A stretch of 64,000 nucleotides of DNA from Candidatus Latescibacterota bacterium (GTDB taxonomy: Bacteria; Latescibacterota; UBA2968; UBA8231). The notes beneath the pieces are model-generated. The model had not been told where the DNA came from, did no database searches, and was given only the letters and a program-made list of their open reading frames with translations. Below are positions 38,011 to 48,720 of this stretch, one piece after another. Location: positions 4,256,001 through 4,320,000 of the forward strand of contig OY730476.1 of NCBI GenBank assembly GCA_963422735.1, in the 5' to 3' direction. Position numbers and translations under genes: made by a program. Within the stretch, counting starts at the first letter, position 1, and each line of letters opens with the position of its first letter.

Positions 38011-39705
38011 TTAGGGCAATAACATCTTTATATTGTCTTCATATACGACGACCCTAGCTTCGTAGGCACGCCGCAGCCCCATCAGAAACTCATCCGCCAA
38101 GCGGCCCTCCTCCGCTCGTTTCAACAGCGCCCGCGCTCGCTTTGCCGCGGCATCAAAAGGCTCGGGGGCGCTGCCGAAATTCGACTTCAGAACCTTGAAC
38201 ACCGAATAGTACTCACCGCCCCGTGGCATGGCCTCCGGCCCGACCACTTGGGCGGCCTGCGCCGTCACCGCTATCGGGCCGTGCAACGAGCCGACCTCAA
38301 CGTTGCGCACCGCGTCGAGCAATTCTCGGTAGAAGGCCTGTTCAAATGCGTGGATGTGGAATGTGCCCTGCACACCTTTGCCCGCCGTCCGCAAGGTGTA
38401 TTCGTCGGCGAGTGCTCCCATATCCTCACCCGCCTTGATTCTCTCTTTGAGCGCGGCGGCCTCTTCCCGAGTTTGCACCATGATCTCCTGTAGCGAGACC
38501 TCCTCCGGGGCGGTGAACAACTCGGGCTGATCGTCGTATAGTTTTCTGACGGTTTCCGGTTTGATATGGACCCGGTCCTTGACCGCCGTCTGCCGGAGTG
38601 CCAACAGCAACAGCGCGTCTGTGCGGTGCTGATACCAGCGCACAATCTGCTCTTCGCGATCCATCCCCCTTTCATAGGCCACGTGCAAAAACAAGGTGCG
38701 GGGCAGCAGCACGTCTTCGGCAAACCACCGCACCGACTCGGCCATGTCGCCCGAAAAGCCCATGTTCAGCTCTTCGGCGTAATCCCAGAAATCGCCCACC
38801 GTAACACGACCGCCGCGGAACTGAAAGAGCACCTCTGCGCGTTCGGTCGCGGTGTACTCTCTACGCCCTGCCGCAACCTGTTGCTGTAGCTGATGCAAGG
38901 TCTCGTCGTTGGTCTGCAAGTCGATGTCAGCTCGCAGTTGCGCCAGAAACGCCTCTATCAGTTCGGTCGTCTTTTCCTCTCTCAGCTTGGCCGCCAGCGC
39001 GTTGCTCGCGGTGGCAAAACTCACGGGCTGGGCGTGCATGACTTGGTAGATCCCGAACTGGCCGTTGGGCAAGTTAATCGGCTCGGAGTACTCGCCGATC
39101 GCGAGCGCGTTTATGTGTTTTTGCAGGTAGATCGGGATGCGCTTGGCAGTCAGGTAGCCGTCCAGTTGCCCACCTTGCGGTGCCGTCGATTGGTGCAGCG
39201 ACCGACTAAGCGCTAGCTCGGCGAAATCCTCCCCGTCGGCGAGGCTTTGCCGGATCTCCTCGGCTGCGGCCTGCGTGGCAACGATGATCAGGCGCAGCTT
39301 GACCTCGCGCTCCTTGTCCGCAGCTTCGTAAGCCGCCCGCAACTCCTGCTCATCGACGCGGACCTTGGCGAGAAATTCGCGCTCAAACAACAGCCGCAAC
39401 AGCCGTTCGGCTTTTTCCCGCTGGAGCTTTTGTGCCACCTCCGGGGCCTCGTCAAGCCCCCTTTTGATCGCTTCTTGGAGAAAGATCTCCTTGTCGATAA
39501 TCGTCTGTAAATGGTCGCGGTAGCCGTCCAATCCGGATTTCTTCGTCTTTAGCTGGGCCGGCAAGCGCTGCTCAAAATCGATCAGTTGAGAGGCCGTTAT
39601 CGGGCGGTCTCCCACTTTGGCCAAAACGGGATCTTCCAGTTCCTCGGCATCCTTTGCACAACCAGCGAGGACCAAGCCGACGCACAAGGACCATAGCAGG
39701 TTCAT
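38011..39705 (-). CDS. Foldase lipoprotein with two PpiC-like domains (PrsA/SurA-like)
   Basis: MNLLWSLCVGLVLAGC lipobox, LAKVGD, GEDFAELA..GGQLDGY, second GEDMGALA unit. Confidence 0.85.
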   Translation of the reverse strand: MNLLWSLCVGLVLAGCAKDAEELEDPVLAKVGDRPITASQLIDFEQRLPAQLKTKKSGLDGYRDHLQTIIDKEIFLQEAIKRGLDEAPEVAQKLQREKAERLLRLLFEREFLAKVRVDEQELRAAYEAADKEREVKLRLIIVATQAAAEEIRQSLADGEDFAELALSRSLHQSTAPQGGQLDGYLTAKRIPIYLQKHINALAIGEYSEPINLPNGQFGIYQVMHAQPVSFATASNALAAKLREEKTTELIEAFLAQLRADIDLQTNDETLHQLQQQVAAGRREYTATERAEVLFQFRGGRVTVGDFWDYAEELNMGFSGDMAESVRWFAEDVLLPRTLFLHVAYERGMDREEQIVRWYQHRTDALLLLALRQTAVKDRVHIKPETVRKLYDDQPELFTAPEEVSLQEIMVQTREEAAALKERIKAGEDMGALADEYTLRTAGKGVQGTFHIHAFEQAFYRELLDAVRNVEVGSLHGPIAVTAQAAQVVGPEAMPRGGEYYSVFKVLKSNFGSAPEPFDAAAKRARALLKRAEEGRLADEFLMGLRRAYEARVVVYEDNIKMLLP

Positions 39706-39709
39706 TTTA

Positions 39710-39988
39710 TTATGCCTCACTAAGCCGGTATAATGGTGATAAATCTTCCTCTTCCATAGGAGAAAGACCGAGACTGCATAAAATCTCGTTGATCTGAGCC
39801 GCCGTCGTTTGCCCTGGTGCCGTGATTTCTAAACCAATAGGGCGATCTTCAGGGTCAAAATCCACCAATAGACCTTTATCTCTCGGCTCGGTTCGCAGAC
39901 TTTTTACACCCGCAGCATTCGATAGGTACAAGTAAGCAGCTAAGGGCTTTCCTTTACGGAAGGTAATTTCCAAATAGCGTTGTCGCAT
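39710..39988 (-). CDS. DUF2283-like small protein (putative antitoxin)
   Basis: AAYLYL...LLVDFD..RPIGLEI pattern; coupled to the upstream small gene. Confidence 0.7.
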   Translation of the reverse strand: MRQRYLEITFRKGKPLAAYLYLSNAAGVKSLRTEPRDKGLLVDFDPEDRPIGLEITAPGQTTAAQINEILCSLGLSPMEEEDLSPLYRLSEA

Positions 39989-40214
39989 AAAATTGGCTCC
40001 TCTCCAGAAAATCCGGTTCGACAATAATCTCCCATAGATGATAGCGATGAGTTGTTACAACGATCCAGCGTCCCTCTATAAGGTCCGGGTGATACCCAGT
40101 GGCTTGATCCAGCATAGTACGCGAGTCAATCTCGGTAAAATCTCGCAGGAGCATGCGCTTTTCCAAATGGAAGGATAGATCCAATTCCCAGCCCCACCAC
40201 GCAGGCCAGTTCAT
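39954..40214 (-). pseudogene. DUF4258-like (RelE-fold) putative toxin, probably C-terminally truncated
   Basis: HLEKRM..R...GRWIV...WEIIVEPD, then loss of the usual VVVTAY-type ending. Confidence 0.55.
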
Positions 40215-40247
40215 AGTTGTCTAATTACAGCGAGGTGCGACCGGCCC

Positions 40248-43079
40248 CTAGCGGACGCTGCCATATACCGTCACAAAGGAGAGGGCGCCCGTCTCCCTAG
40301 CGTTCGGCTGTTCAAAGCGCTCTAGGTGGCGTCTGCTTACCCTTATCCCCATCAGGGTTTGCAGGGTATAGCCCAGATACGGCTTGTCGATGGAAAATTG
40401 TATGGCGAGCGAAGTTTCGTCGAAATCCCCGGTCGTATCGCCGACGCGCAAACCAGCGGTAGCCGTCTCGTCTTGGATAAAATCGCGGAAGATCAGGTGC
40501 TCGACGCCCAACTGCAGCAACACGCGGTTCAAAAAGGGACGCCGCAGCAAGAGCGAGAAGATCCCACTCCAGTCTTGGCGCTCGGCCGTTTGGACACCAG
40601 TTAGACGGCCAATATTGTAGGGCGTGTCGTCCATGAAGAGTTCGTGCTTGAAGCGCGGCTGCACGACCATACGGCCCAGCGGGAACTGGTAGTCTATGCG
40701 GTTGATCAGCCCCAGTCGCCGCGTATTGCGGGCGATCTTGCGACCAGCGCGGTCGCGGGCATTGGCATCGCGTTGCCGAATGAATTCGTGAATGAACTTG
40801 CCCTCGCTATTGATGCCCTTGTAGGTCTTGCCGGTGAAACCAGCCCACAGCCGATTGACGACGGCGTCGCGCATCGCCAGCGGATCCATGATCGGCTGCA
40901 TTGACCCCGACGAGTCCAGCGGCCGGCCCAGCTCGGGCTGCGCCGTCACCCACTGGACCACGTCGTCGGCAATATCGTCCTGCACCAGCTTGAACGCGTT
41001 GTAGAACGCCGCGTTGCCCGCCCTAGAGAAATTGCGCTCGTAGGCCAGCAGGGCGTAGCGGGTCAGGTTCTTTTCGCCGGTGGACAAGCGCTGCACGCGC
41101 TCTTGCCCCGCCATCCATTTCAGATCCGGCGTCAGCCACGCCCCCAAGTAGGCGTTGTACCCGCGCCGGTCGCGCTTGTAGGGATAATCCGGCTCGTCGT
41201 CGTTTTCGAAGCGCTCGCCCCAACCATTGTTGTTCAGATCAATGGCAAAGACGAATTCCGGCCGATCGACGTAGTGGCGCAGGAATTGCTCTTCGTAGTC
41301 GGGCATGAAATTGGGGCGCACGGAAGTGTTGTTCTGGTTGAAATCGGAAATGAAGTCGTTGTTTTCGTCGAGACCGGGGAACACCGCCCCGTCGGCCAGC
41401 CCTTCCTTGTCGCGCCGCTGGTCGAGGCGGATGTCGTTGTCATCGTTGTCATCTACCAAGTCGTAGATAAATTCCGAGCGGGCCTCTTCGTCGTCGCTGT
41501 AATTGATCCGCCCGCCTTGATCGACGAGGAACGACGTAGTGTTGTACTCGGCGTCCATGCCAAACGCCTCGCCGAAGAGGAAGAAGGGGTAGAATTCTTT
41601 GGCGACGTTGACCATCCAGCCCGTCGCCGACTCATCCCCCAACGCTCCGGACGCGCTGTGGTGCGTCTGGCGAGTGATATTGGGGTACTGCCGGAATTGG
41701 TGGTTGACATTGTACTCGGCGTACACCCGAAAGCCCGCCCAATCGCTGACCTCAAAGCTGAAGCCGAAAACTTGGGTAGCCGTCGGCAAGCCGTAGTCGA
41801 AGACGACCCATTGCTGATTGGAGTTGTCTTGGACATTGCCTGCGGCCCGCACTACGTTTGAGAACTTGGATTGGGCACCCAAGGGTTCGTTGTCGGTCTG
41901 GACATCCGAGGTGACATCGACTCGGTAATCGTTGTTGAGTAGGAAGCGAAATTTTACCGCGGAGATGTTGTTGACCAAATCGGCATCGTCAATGAGGTCT
42001 TCCAGTGCCATCACCGCCGAGTCCTCAGAAGAGAAATTATACCGGTAGGTGATCTCGCCCTCGCTGCCGGTTCCTTCGGCAATAGGGAAGCCATTGCGCG
42101 TGGTACCACCCTCCATCTGCGGCTGAAAGCCGATCTGGCTGCCGACCAGCACGGTATCGCGGCCGCCGATTTGGGTATGCACTTCAATGTCTCGGTCGAA
42201 AACCGTAGGCCCGCCCACGCCGTCCTCGGGCGAGTCGTCCGTTATGCGGACGATAATCGAGTTGATGCGATTGGCCAGTTGGCCATTGGTCAGCTTGCCC
42301 TTGAAAGGGTTGCCGCCGCGGTCGGATTGCGATCGGCCGTTGTGGGCGTTGACAAAAGTCGCGCCCAAGCGCACGGCGTCGAGCCCCTTCCACTCGCCCC
42401 TGAAGCCGAGCAGGTTGGTAAAGTTTTCAGTGACGACGGGAACGCGCACACCCGGAGCGATCTGATGCACCGGCAGACTAATCCGCGACATTAGCACGGT
42501 AGCGGCTAAGCGGTCGGCGGCATAGTCGAATTGCACCCCGTTGAAGCGGGTTTTGCGGAACGTCATCGGCGTCAGCGTGGTGTTGATCAGATCGCCGATG
42601 GTCACCCCTAAATAGTGCTGTCCCTTGGAATCGGTGGAGATGAGCAGGTTGCCGAACCACGAGTTGTAGCGCCCGTCTGGTTTGAGCAGACCCGAGCCCC
42701 CAGAGCTGGTCGGCTGCCGCTGCCGCCAGTCGTACACTAGCCAACCCTTGGTCAAATAGCGCCCATACAGGTCGTAGAAATAGTCGCCTTCCTGCCCGGG
42801 AGAAAAATAGCGCCGATAGGGATCCTTGGCGTAATTGGTGTGCTCCCACTGCCAGCGGTATTCGGCCGCGATTTCCTGCGTCATGTACCAGCGCTTCAAC
42901 GCGGGGACAAACGCTTCCTGCTGCATGCCGGGACCGGTGGCGTAATAGGAAACCCGATCCGCCTCGTTGATCCCCAAGCGGTTGCCGTAGTTGGGCTGGG
43001 CACTCGCCGGCACCAGTCCGGCCAGTAGGCAAACCACCGCCCACCACAGGCGCGTCCCCTTTGTTGAACCCCGTCGCAT
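40248..43079 (-). CDS. Large secreted/outer-membrane-like hypothetical protein (943 aa) with acidic D/N-rich repeats
   Basis: Signal peptide; DDNDDND, DENNDFISDFNQN, DLNNNG motifs; alternating-residue strands near the C terminus; paralog of 43079-45871. Confidence 0.85.
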   Translation of the reverse strand: MRRGSTKGTRLWWAVVCLLAGLVPASAQPNYGNRLGINEADRVSYYATGPGMQQEAFVPALKRWYMTQEIAAEYRWQWEHTNYAKDPYRRYFSPGQEGDYFYDLYGRYLTKGWLVYDWRQRQPTSSGGSGLLKPDGRYNSWFGNLLISTDSKGQHYLGVTIGDLINTTLTPMTFRKTRFNGVQFDYAADRLAATVLMSRISLPVHQIAPGVRVPVVTENFTNLLGFRGEWKGLDAVRLGATFVNAHNGRSQSDRGGNPFKGKLTNGQLANRINSIIVRITDDSPEDGVGGPTVFDRDIEVHTQIGGRDTVLVGSQIGFQPQMEGGTTRNGFPIAEGTGSEGEITYRYNFSSEDSAVMALEDLIDDADLVNNISAVKFRFLLNNDYRVDVTSDVQTDNEPLGAQSKFSNVVRAAGNVQDNSNQQWVVFDYGLPTATQVFGFSFEVSDWAGFRVYAEYNVNHQFRQYPNITRQTHHSASGALGDESATGWMVNVAKEFYPFFLFGEAFGMDAEYNTTSFLVDQGGRINYSDDEEARSEFIYDLVDDNDDNDIRLDQRRDKEGLADGAVFPGLDENNDFISDFNQNNTSVRPNFMPDYEEQFLRHYVDRPEFVFAIDLNNNGWGERFENDDEPDYPYKRDRRGYNAYLGAWLTPDLKWMAGQERVQRLSTGEKNLTRYALLAYERNFSRAGNAAFYNAFKLVQDDIADDVVQWVTAQPELGRPLDSSGSMQPIMDPLAMRDAVVNRLWAGFTGKTYKGINSEGKFIHEFIRQRDANARDRAGRKIARNTRRLGLINRIDYQFPLGRMVVQPRFKHELFMDDTPYNIGRLTGVQTAERQDWSGIFSLLLRRPFLNRVLLQLGVEHLIFRDFIQDETATAGLRVGDTTGDFDETSLAIQFSIDKPYLGYTLQTLMGIRVSRRHLERFEQPNARETGALSFVTVYGSVR

Positions 43080-45871
43080 TATTCTACACCAGCGTACACC
43101 GAGATAAAGCTAGTGCCGAAGGACCGGCTCTCGCTTTGCTTCATTAGGCCTTCGGCACCCAACACCACGGCTTCGTCCCACCGCTTGGTATAGCTAATGC
43201 CGAACTGGGTGGTGAGCTTGTAGCCGAGATAGTGTCCGAGAGTCGTCCATTGTACGGCCAAGACCAAGTTGCGGAAATCGCCCGTGTCTTGGGTCGGGCC
43301 GTCGGCCAGCAATGCGTCCTCATCTAAGACCAGCTCGTGGAAAAGCGAATATTCCACTCCGCTTTCGAGGAAGGAATTGTTCAACACCGGCAGTCGCGCC
43401 TGTATAATGCCGATCCCCATCCACTCCTTGCGGTCGGGATCGCTCTGCAAAAAGGCCGCTTGGTTGAGGTATTCGCTTTTCGCCTTAGGTTGCAGCACGA
43501 GCTGGCCGATCTTGTAGGTGTAGTCTGCCTTATTGATCAGACCCAGAAACTGCGTGCGTTCATTGAGGATGGGCGCATCGCCGCTTTTGAACGCCTCACC
43601 CCGCTGGCTGAAGAGGCTGTATTTGAATTTGTTGATGACATTCAGCCTTTTTACCGGTTCGCAATCGAATTGCACGTAGCTTTGGTTGACCCAAGTGTCC
43701 CTCGCCGGCAGGATGTCCTCGACATGGGCCAGCGAGACCGTCTGCAGGTCTGGCGTCGGCTCGCGGCGGATGTCGGGAATATCGTCCGCGACCTTTTTCA
43801 GCGAATTGAAAAACCGCAAGCGGCCCCATTGTGGATGGTCGCGGTCGTACGTGAAAACGCCGTAGGTCACCCGGTTGCGGCGGTTGGAGGATATCTCGTC
43901 CTCGCGCAGTCGCCCTATAGTCAATCGGGTGTCCGGTGTCAGGTGTTGGCCGACGTAGATGTTGTAGCCCCGGTGGTTCCGGCGATAGGGATAGTCGGGC
44001 AAGTCGTCGTTTTCAAAGCGGTCGATCCAGTTGTTGTTGTTGAGGTCGATGCCGAAGAGGAATTCTGGACGATCGACGTTGTAGCGGAAAAACGGCTCCT
44101 CGTAATCCGGGATGCGATTGCTCAGCGAGATATTGTCGTTTTGGTTGAAGTCCGAGACGAAGTCGTTGTTTTCGTCCCAACCTGGGAAGACGATTGCGTC
44201 GGGGCCGCCCTGGCCCCAACGGCTCCAATCGGGTGTGCGGTCTTGATCGTCGTTGTCATCGACGAATTCATAGACCGAGGTGCGTTCGTCGTCGTAGTAC
44301 ACGCTGCCGCCCGAATCGACGATAAACGCCGTCGTCGAGTAGGAGGAATCCATGCTGAAGGCTTCGCCGAACAAGAAGAATGGATACGCATGCTTGGAAA
44401 CGTTGACCATCCAAGCCGCGGCGTCGCGGGCGTGGGTATTCAGGTTGCGATCCGCGTCGGCGAGCGTGAGATTGGGATACTGGGTGTAGGCGCGATTAAT
44501 GTCGTATTCCGCATAGGCATCAAAGCCCATCAACTGCAACACTTCGAGTGTGAACCCGAATACCATGTTCGCCGACGGCAATCCGTAGTCGAAGACGACG
44601 CGCTGCTGGTTTGAATTGTCCGTCACATTGCCGTCGGCGCGGCGAACATCGAAGAGCACGGCGCCCGCTTGTGCCAAGTCCAAGCCAGTAAGTGGTGGGC
44701 TAGGCAAACTGCCGCGCCCGATCTGGCGGTCCGACCAAACTTGAATTTTGTAGTCATTGGCCACGACGAGATCGAACTGGATATCTACGATTTCCGTCGG
44801 CCGCGGGCCACGATACGCCAAGTCGGTGAAATCGTAGTTGATGACGATCTGTTCCTCGCCGTTGGCGACCAAAAAACCCTCCCGCGGGAAGCCGCCAGTA
44901 ATCACCGGCCATTTGGTCGGATCGGCTACCACCTCCCGCAAGCGGAATTGAGTGCGCTTCTTGGTGTCGAAATCCTCGGCCGTAATGATGATGTCGTGGG
45001 CAAACAGCGCCGCGCCGCCTTGGCCGTCTTCTGGGGAATCGTCGCTGAGGACCACGGCGATGGCCCTGATCGGATCGCTGCCCTGCTCGGCGCCCAAGGT
45101 GCCGATGAATGGGTTGCGTTCAAACGCCTCGGCCAGCGTCTGTGCATTGTGGGCGTTGACCATGGTCGCGCCGATCTTGACAAAATCCCCCACCTGCGCC
45201 GTCGCCCGCCCCCCCATCATATTGGTCGCGTTGGTCGAGACGCTGGGCTGGCGCTCGGGGGTGGTGCCGAGGATCGCCTCGCTGGCGCGGGAAAACAACA
45301 GCGTCGCCTCGTATTTGTCCGCGGCAAAGTCCATCTGGATGCCGTTGAAACGCGGCTTTGAAAAAGTTAGCGGGGTCAGCGCGGTGCGGATGCGCTCGCC
45401 GATGGTTATCGCCAAATAATACTGATCGCGCGAGTCGGAGGAGACCGTGACTGCATTGAACCACGAATTGAACTTGGGGTCTTTGTATATCGACGAACCA
45501 AATTGGCCCGGTTGCGTCTGGTTCCAGTCGAAAATCAGCCAGCCCCAGGTCTGGTAATTTCCGTACAGGTCGTAAAACGGCCCGCCTTGGCGGTTGGTGT
45601 TGACGTAGCGTTGGTACAGGTCCCTGGCGTAATTCGAGTACTCCCACTGGCGAAAGCCGTAATCGACGTATAGCTCCTGCGGCACGTACCATTTTTTGAG
45701 TGCCGGGTCGAGGGCGTCGAAAAGGACGCCCGGGCCGCGAGGCTCAAAGGTGAGTTGGGCTCCGCGCTGGGTCCCGAAACGACGGTCCGGCGACTGGCCG
45801 ATCGCCTCGGTCGCCAGCAATACCAGTGCAAAGAGGACCAGCCACGCGGGTATCCCCCTAGTTCTGCCCAT
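43079..45871 (-). CDS. Large secreted/outer-membrane-like hypothetical protein (930 aa), paralog of 40248-43079
   Basis: GGAGG RBS then ATG 45871 and a signal peptide. Shares YDLYG.Y...GWL..DW, TP.TF.K.RFNG.Q.D, FDYGLP.A, RFENDD.PDYPY. TAATG overlap with the next gene. Confidence 0.85.
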   Translation of the reverse strand: MGRTRGIPAWLVLFALVLLATEAIGQSPDRRFGTQRGAQLTFEPRGPGVLFDALDPALKKWYVPQELYVDYGFRQWEYSNYARDLYQRYVNTNRQGGPFYDLYGNYQTWGWLIFDWNQTQPGQFGSSIYKDPKFNSWFNAVTVSSDSRDQYYLAITIGERIRTALTPLTFSKPRFNGIQMDFAADKYEATLLFSRASEAILGTTPERQPSVSTNATNMMGGRATAQVGDFVKIGATMVNAHNAQTLAEAFERNPFIGTLGAEQGSDPIRAIAVVLSDDSPEDGQGGAALFAHDIIITAEDFDTKKRTQFRLREVVADPTKWPVITGGFPREGFLVANGEEQIVINYDFTDLAYRGPRPTEIVDIQFDLVVANDYKIQVWSDRQIGRGSLPSPPLTGLDLAQAGAVLFDVRRADGNVTDNSNQQRVVFDYGLPSANMVFGFTLEVLQLMGFDAYAEYDINRAYTQYPNLTLADADRNLNTHARDAAAWMVNVSKHAYPFFLFGEAFSMDSSYSTTAFIVDSGGSVYYDDERTSVYEFVDDNDDQDRTPDWSRWGQGGPDAIVFPGWDENNDFVSDFNQNDNISLSNRIPDYEEPFFRYNVDRPEFLFGIDLNNNNWIDRFENDDLPDYPYRRNHRGYNIYVGQHLTPDTRLTIGRLREDEISSNRRNRVTYGVFTYDRDHPQWGRLRFFNSLKKVADDIPDIRREPTPDLQTVSLAHVEDILPARDTWVNQSYVQFDCEPVKRLNVINKFKYSLFSQRGEAFKSGDAPILNERTQFLGLINKADYTYKIGQLVLQPKAKSEYLNQAAFLQSDPDRKEWMGIGIIQARLPVLNNSFLESGVEYSLFHELVLDEDALLADGPTQDTGDFRNLVLAVQWTTLGHYLGYKLTTQFGISYTKRWDEAVVLGAEGLMKQSESRSFGTSFISVYAGVE

Positions 45872-46457
45872 CAAATTCCTCCCTCCCTCTTCCCTGCCGG
45901 CCGCCTTCCATCTGCTCCATAAGGCCCCGTACTGACTTAACGACCCGCTCTTGATGCTGTTGCTCAATGTGCTGAGAGATCGCCTTGCGCACATTACGCA
46001 CTTCATCGACCAAGGGGTCAACGCATGATGGGTGTTCTTCAGTATGATTCATCATCCAGCTCCCAAAAGAAATCAGGGGTTGCGATATTCCAAATGAAAT
46101 GAGCAGATCGTTCATAGAGCGGACTGAAGCTACTGCTAAATGAATAGCATCACCAGCAACAGGTCTTGGTATAACCTTTTCACGCACGAAAATGTGTGCC
46201 AATCCGCGCACTTCGTCGGTAATCGGTAGGAGTGGGATATTGTGCGTCCATGCAAGTGCTTGTTGACTTAGAGGATACTGTGCGCGTGAGAGGTCTGCCA
46301 AGACCTCAGCGGATGTAAAAAGTGTGTATGACCCTGCCTGCATTTCCCACCATTCACGACTGAACTGTCGGTGATAGGTGCTTGCGGGATCGATCCTGTT
46401 TGTTACACGCGCACTGATAGGGCTAGTTTCGATATATACTTGTGCCATATCCTTCAT
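45858..46457 (-). pseudogene. PIN-domain toxin-like gene fused in frame to a remnant of its small partner
   Basis: VYIETS..REWWE..DAIHLAVA PIN motifs lacking the usual TWN.RH ending, followed by DPLVDEVR; AT-richer. Confidence 0.65.
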
Positions 46458-46509
46458 GGTGCATACTTCGCTTACTTACGCCGCTCCGGTCTCTTAGTCT
46501 AGGTCTAGC

Positions 46510-48699
46510 CTAATAAACCATCTCGACGATGCCCACGACCGCTTCCTTTTTGGCGTCGGTGGCCAAGTCGAAGCGGAAGAGGTAAATGCCCGGGGGCACC
46601 TGTTGTCCCGCAGCATTCGTGCCGTCCCACTTGGCCGAGAAACTCCCGCCTCCTTGCTCACCCGCGAAGAGTGTGCGGACGCGGTGTCCGGCTAGATCGA
46701 ACACGCGCACGGAAAGCGGCGCGGCATCGACCAGCCGCACCAGATCGCAATGTATCCGCGTCTCGTCATTGACCCCATCTCCGTTGGGACTGAAGATACG
46801 TGGTTGGGCCGCGACGTTGATCATGAGGCGGCCACCCGCCAGCGGCACTCTTACCGCTAGATCGTTCGGATCGGCGGCTCCAATGGGTATTAGATCGTCG
46901 TCTGCCGCCCCCAGATCAGCCGCATTGCCGCCGATGACCCGCTGGCCGAGGTCGTCAGTAGTGCTGTTCCAAGCCGTGCCGGTAAAGGTCGTGCCAAACC
47001 TCAGCACGCGGCACTTGAAGCGGATTTTGACCACCGCCGCCCGCCCCTCGGCCAAATCGCTTTCAGTGATTGCGGGAAAGCGCACCCGCAGGTGCCGCTC
47101 AGCCACCGCTTCCACGGCAAAGAGGCCGCTGTCGTCTTGGATGGGCAGATTGGTCAGGTCAACGCCAGTGAAATCCGCCGTTTGCACCCGGCCATCGGCG
47201 TGCATCACTTCGATGGTCTCGACCGCTTCGGAGCGCACGGGCGTGGCGATCTCGAAAACATCGAAACCCAGATCTACCCCGCTGCGCATCTTAGTGGGCA
47301 GGACGGCATACGTGAACGACACCGGAACGCCCAGTTCGACTTGGCGCGGGACGACCTCGCTGATGATCCGTTCCGTCAGCGGCGGGTTGGAGACCGTAAA
47401 GGCGAGCCCACCCAACGCGCGGGCGGCTTCTAAATCCTCGCTGGCGAATTCGGCCTTTAACTGGAAATAGCGGCGGGGGCCAGGCGAGAGGATGGGTACG
47501 CCCAGTGCATCGTCGATGTTTTCAGCGTTTACAGCAGTTAGTTTATAGGGAGGCGACCAGCGGCTCCAAGCGACTAAGTCGTCGCGCACGTCGCCCTTAT
47601 CCGAATTTTTCAAATCGTCGTACCCGTCCTGCGTCAACGCGACCCGGCTGCGCTCGTCAATGGACAGGGCGTTGAAGAGGTCAAGGGCCTCTTGGACGTC
47701 TTCCATGGCATCTAAGTCAACCGCATCGCCTGTAGCCGTGGTCGCGACCCCCCCCTCCCGCCACGGCACGTCCTCCCCGCTGTCTGGGTGTTGGCGAGTG
47801 AATTCCAACGGCGTGTCGTCCCAGCCGCTGCGCGAACTGATCAGCAAGCGCGACAGGCGTTCCACGCCTAAGTGCTCCTCCTGCCAGCGGATGCGCCCCC
47901 ACAGTGCCAGTTCCTCGCCAAAATCGAAGATGTTGGAAAGATAGTCGGCGCGGGGCACAAAACCGGATCCAAAGACGCGGAATTCGGCAATCTCAAACCC
48001 CACTGTGGTCTGCGATTTCAAGCGGATAAAGCGGACGTATTGCGGCGGGATGGTCAGTTCGACGACCGACTCTTCGTTTTCCGGCTCCAGTTCGACAGTG
48101 GTCAGCACCGGCTGATTGGCCACTTGCGTTTCCTCGCTGCCGTCGTTGAGCAGCAGTTCAAAGCCCCGCAGAAAATCGTTGTGGAACGGGAAATCCGGGG
48201 CGAGAAAATCGGGATGCGCGTTGCGAGGAAAGAACTGGATTCGCTCGACCCCGAAACGCGCGCCGAGATCAAAATCCATGATTACCCCAAGTGAATTGAC
48301 CTGGCTCGCTCCACGGGCTGTCTTGCGCTCAAATGCGGTCGTGGGGTCGTCGTCGATCATAAAAATTAGCTGGTCTTTTACGACCTGCGACAATATGGTC
48401 GGTGCGCCGAGACGACCACCGCGGTCGAGGAGGCCCAAGGCGATATTCGCGGTCTCGTCCGCCTGTTGCGGCGACAGCCAGCCCACCCGGCCGCCAGCGT
48501 CAAACTCGAGCACATTGCCCGGGGTGTTGCTAACCTCGACCGCGGTCGGACCGGTTTGTATCAAGGCTGCGATGGTGCCGCCGCCGCTGGCCCACTCCAA
48601 CCCGTCCTCGCCGCCCATGACAATGGTGCGGCGTTCCGCCCCCAGATCTTGGACCGCTAACAATACCAGCACCAGCGCCTTCGCGCGCGGATACAACAC
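46510..48699 (-). CDS. Large secreted protein with C-terminal PNGDGVND/FlgD-Ig (T9SS type-B-CTD-like) domain
   Basis: AAGGAG RBS then GTG; signal peptide; FDLG..., WSRWSPPY, SPGPRRYFQ; FSPNGDGVND...WDG...VPPGIY...VY. Confidence 0.85.
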   Translation of the reverse strand: MLYPRAKALVLVLLAVQDLGAERRTIVMGGEDGLEWASGGGTIAALIQTGPTAVEVSNTPGNVLEFDAGGRVGWLSPQQADETANIALGLLDRGGRLGAPTILSQVVKDQLIFMIDDDPTTAFERKTARGASQVNSLGVIMDFDLGARFGVERIQFFPRNAHPDFLAPDFPFHNDFLRGFELLLNDGSEETQVANQPVLTTVELEPENEESVVELTIPPQYVRFIRLKSQTTVGFEIAEFRVFGSGFVPRADYLSNIFDFGEELALWGRIRWQEEHLGVERLSRLLISSRSGWDDTPLEFTRQHPDSGEDVPWREGGVATTATGDAVDLDAMEDVQEALDLFNALSIDERSRVALTQDGYDDLKNSDKGDVRDDLVAWSRWSPPYKLTAVNAENIDDALGVPILSPGPRRYFQLKAEFASEDLEAARALGGLAFTVSNPPLTERIISEVVPRQVELGVPVSFTYAVLPTKMRSGVDLGFDVFEIATPVRSEAVETIEVMHADGRVQTADFTGVDLTNLPIQDDSGLFAVEAVAERHLRVRFPAITESDLAEGRAAVVKIRFKCRVLRFGTTFTGTAWNSTTDDLGQRVIGGNAADLGAADDDLIPIGAADPNDLAVRVPLAGGRLMINVAAQPRIFSPNGDGVNDETRIHCDLVRLVDAAPLSVRVFDLAGHRVRTLFAGEQGGGSFSAKWDGTNAAGQQVPPGIYLFRFDLATDAKKEAVVGIVEMVY

Positions 48700-48720
48700 A
48701 GCCGACTATCTCCTTGTAGT

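Noticed and set aside
43337-44614. Long antisense or alternate-frame ORFs (e.g. 425 aa here; also 46586-47470, 22989-23903, 56312-57178)
   Set aside because: Shadow ORFs of GC-rich genes, fully overlapping better-supported CDSs and lacking motifs.
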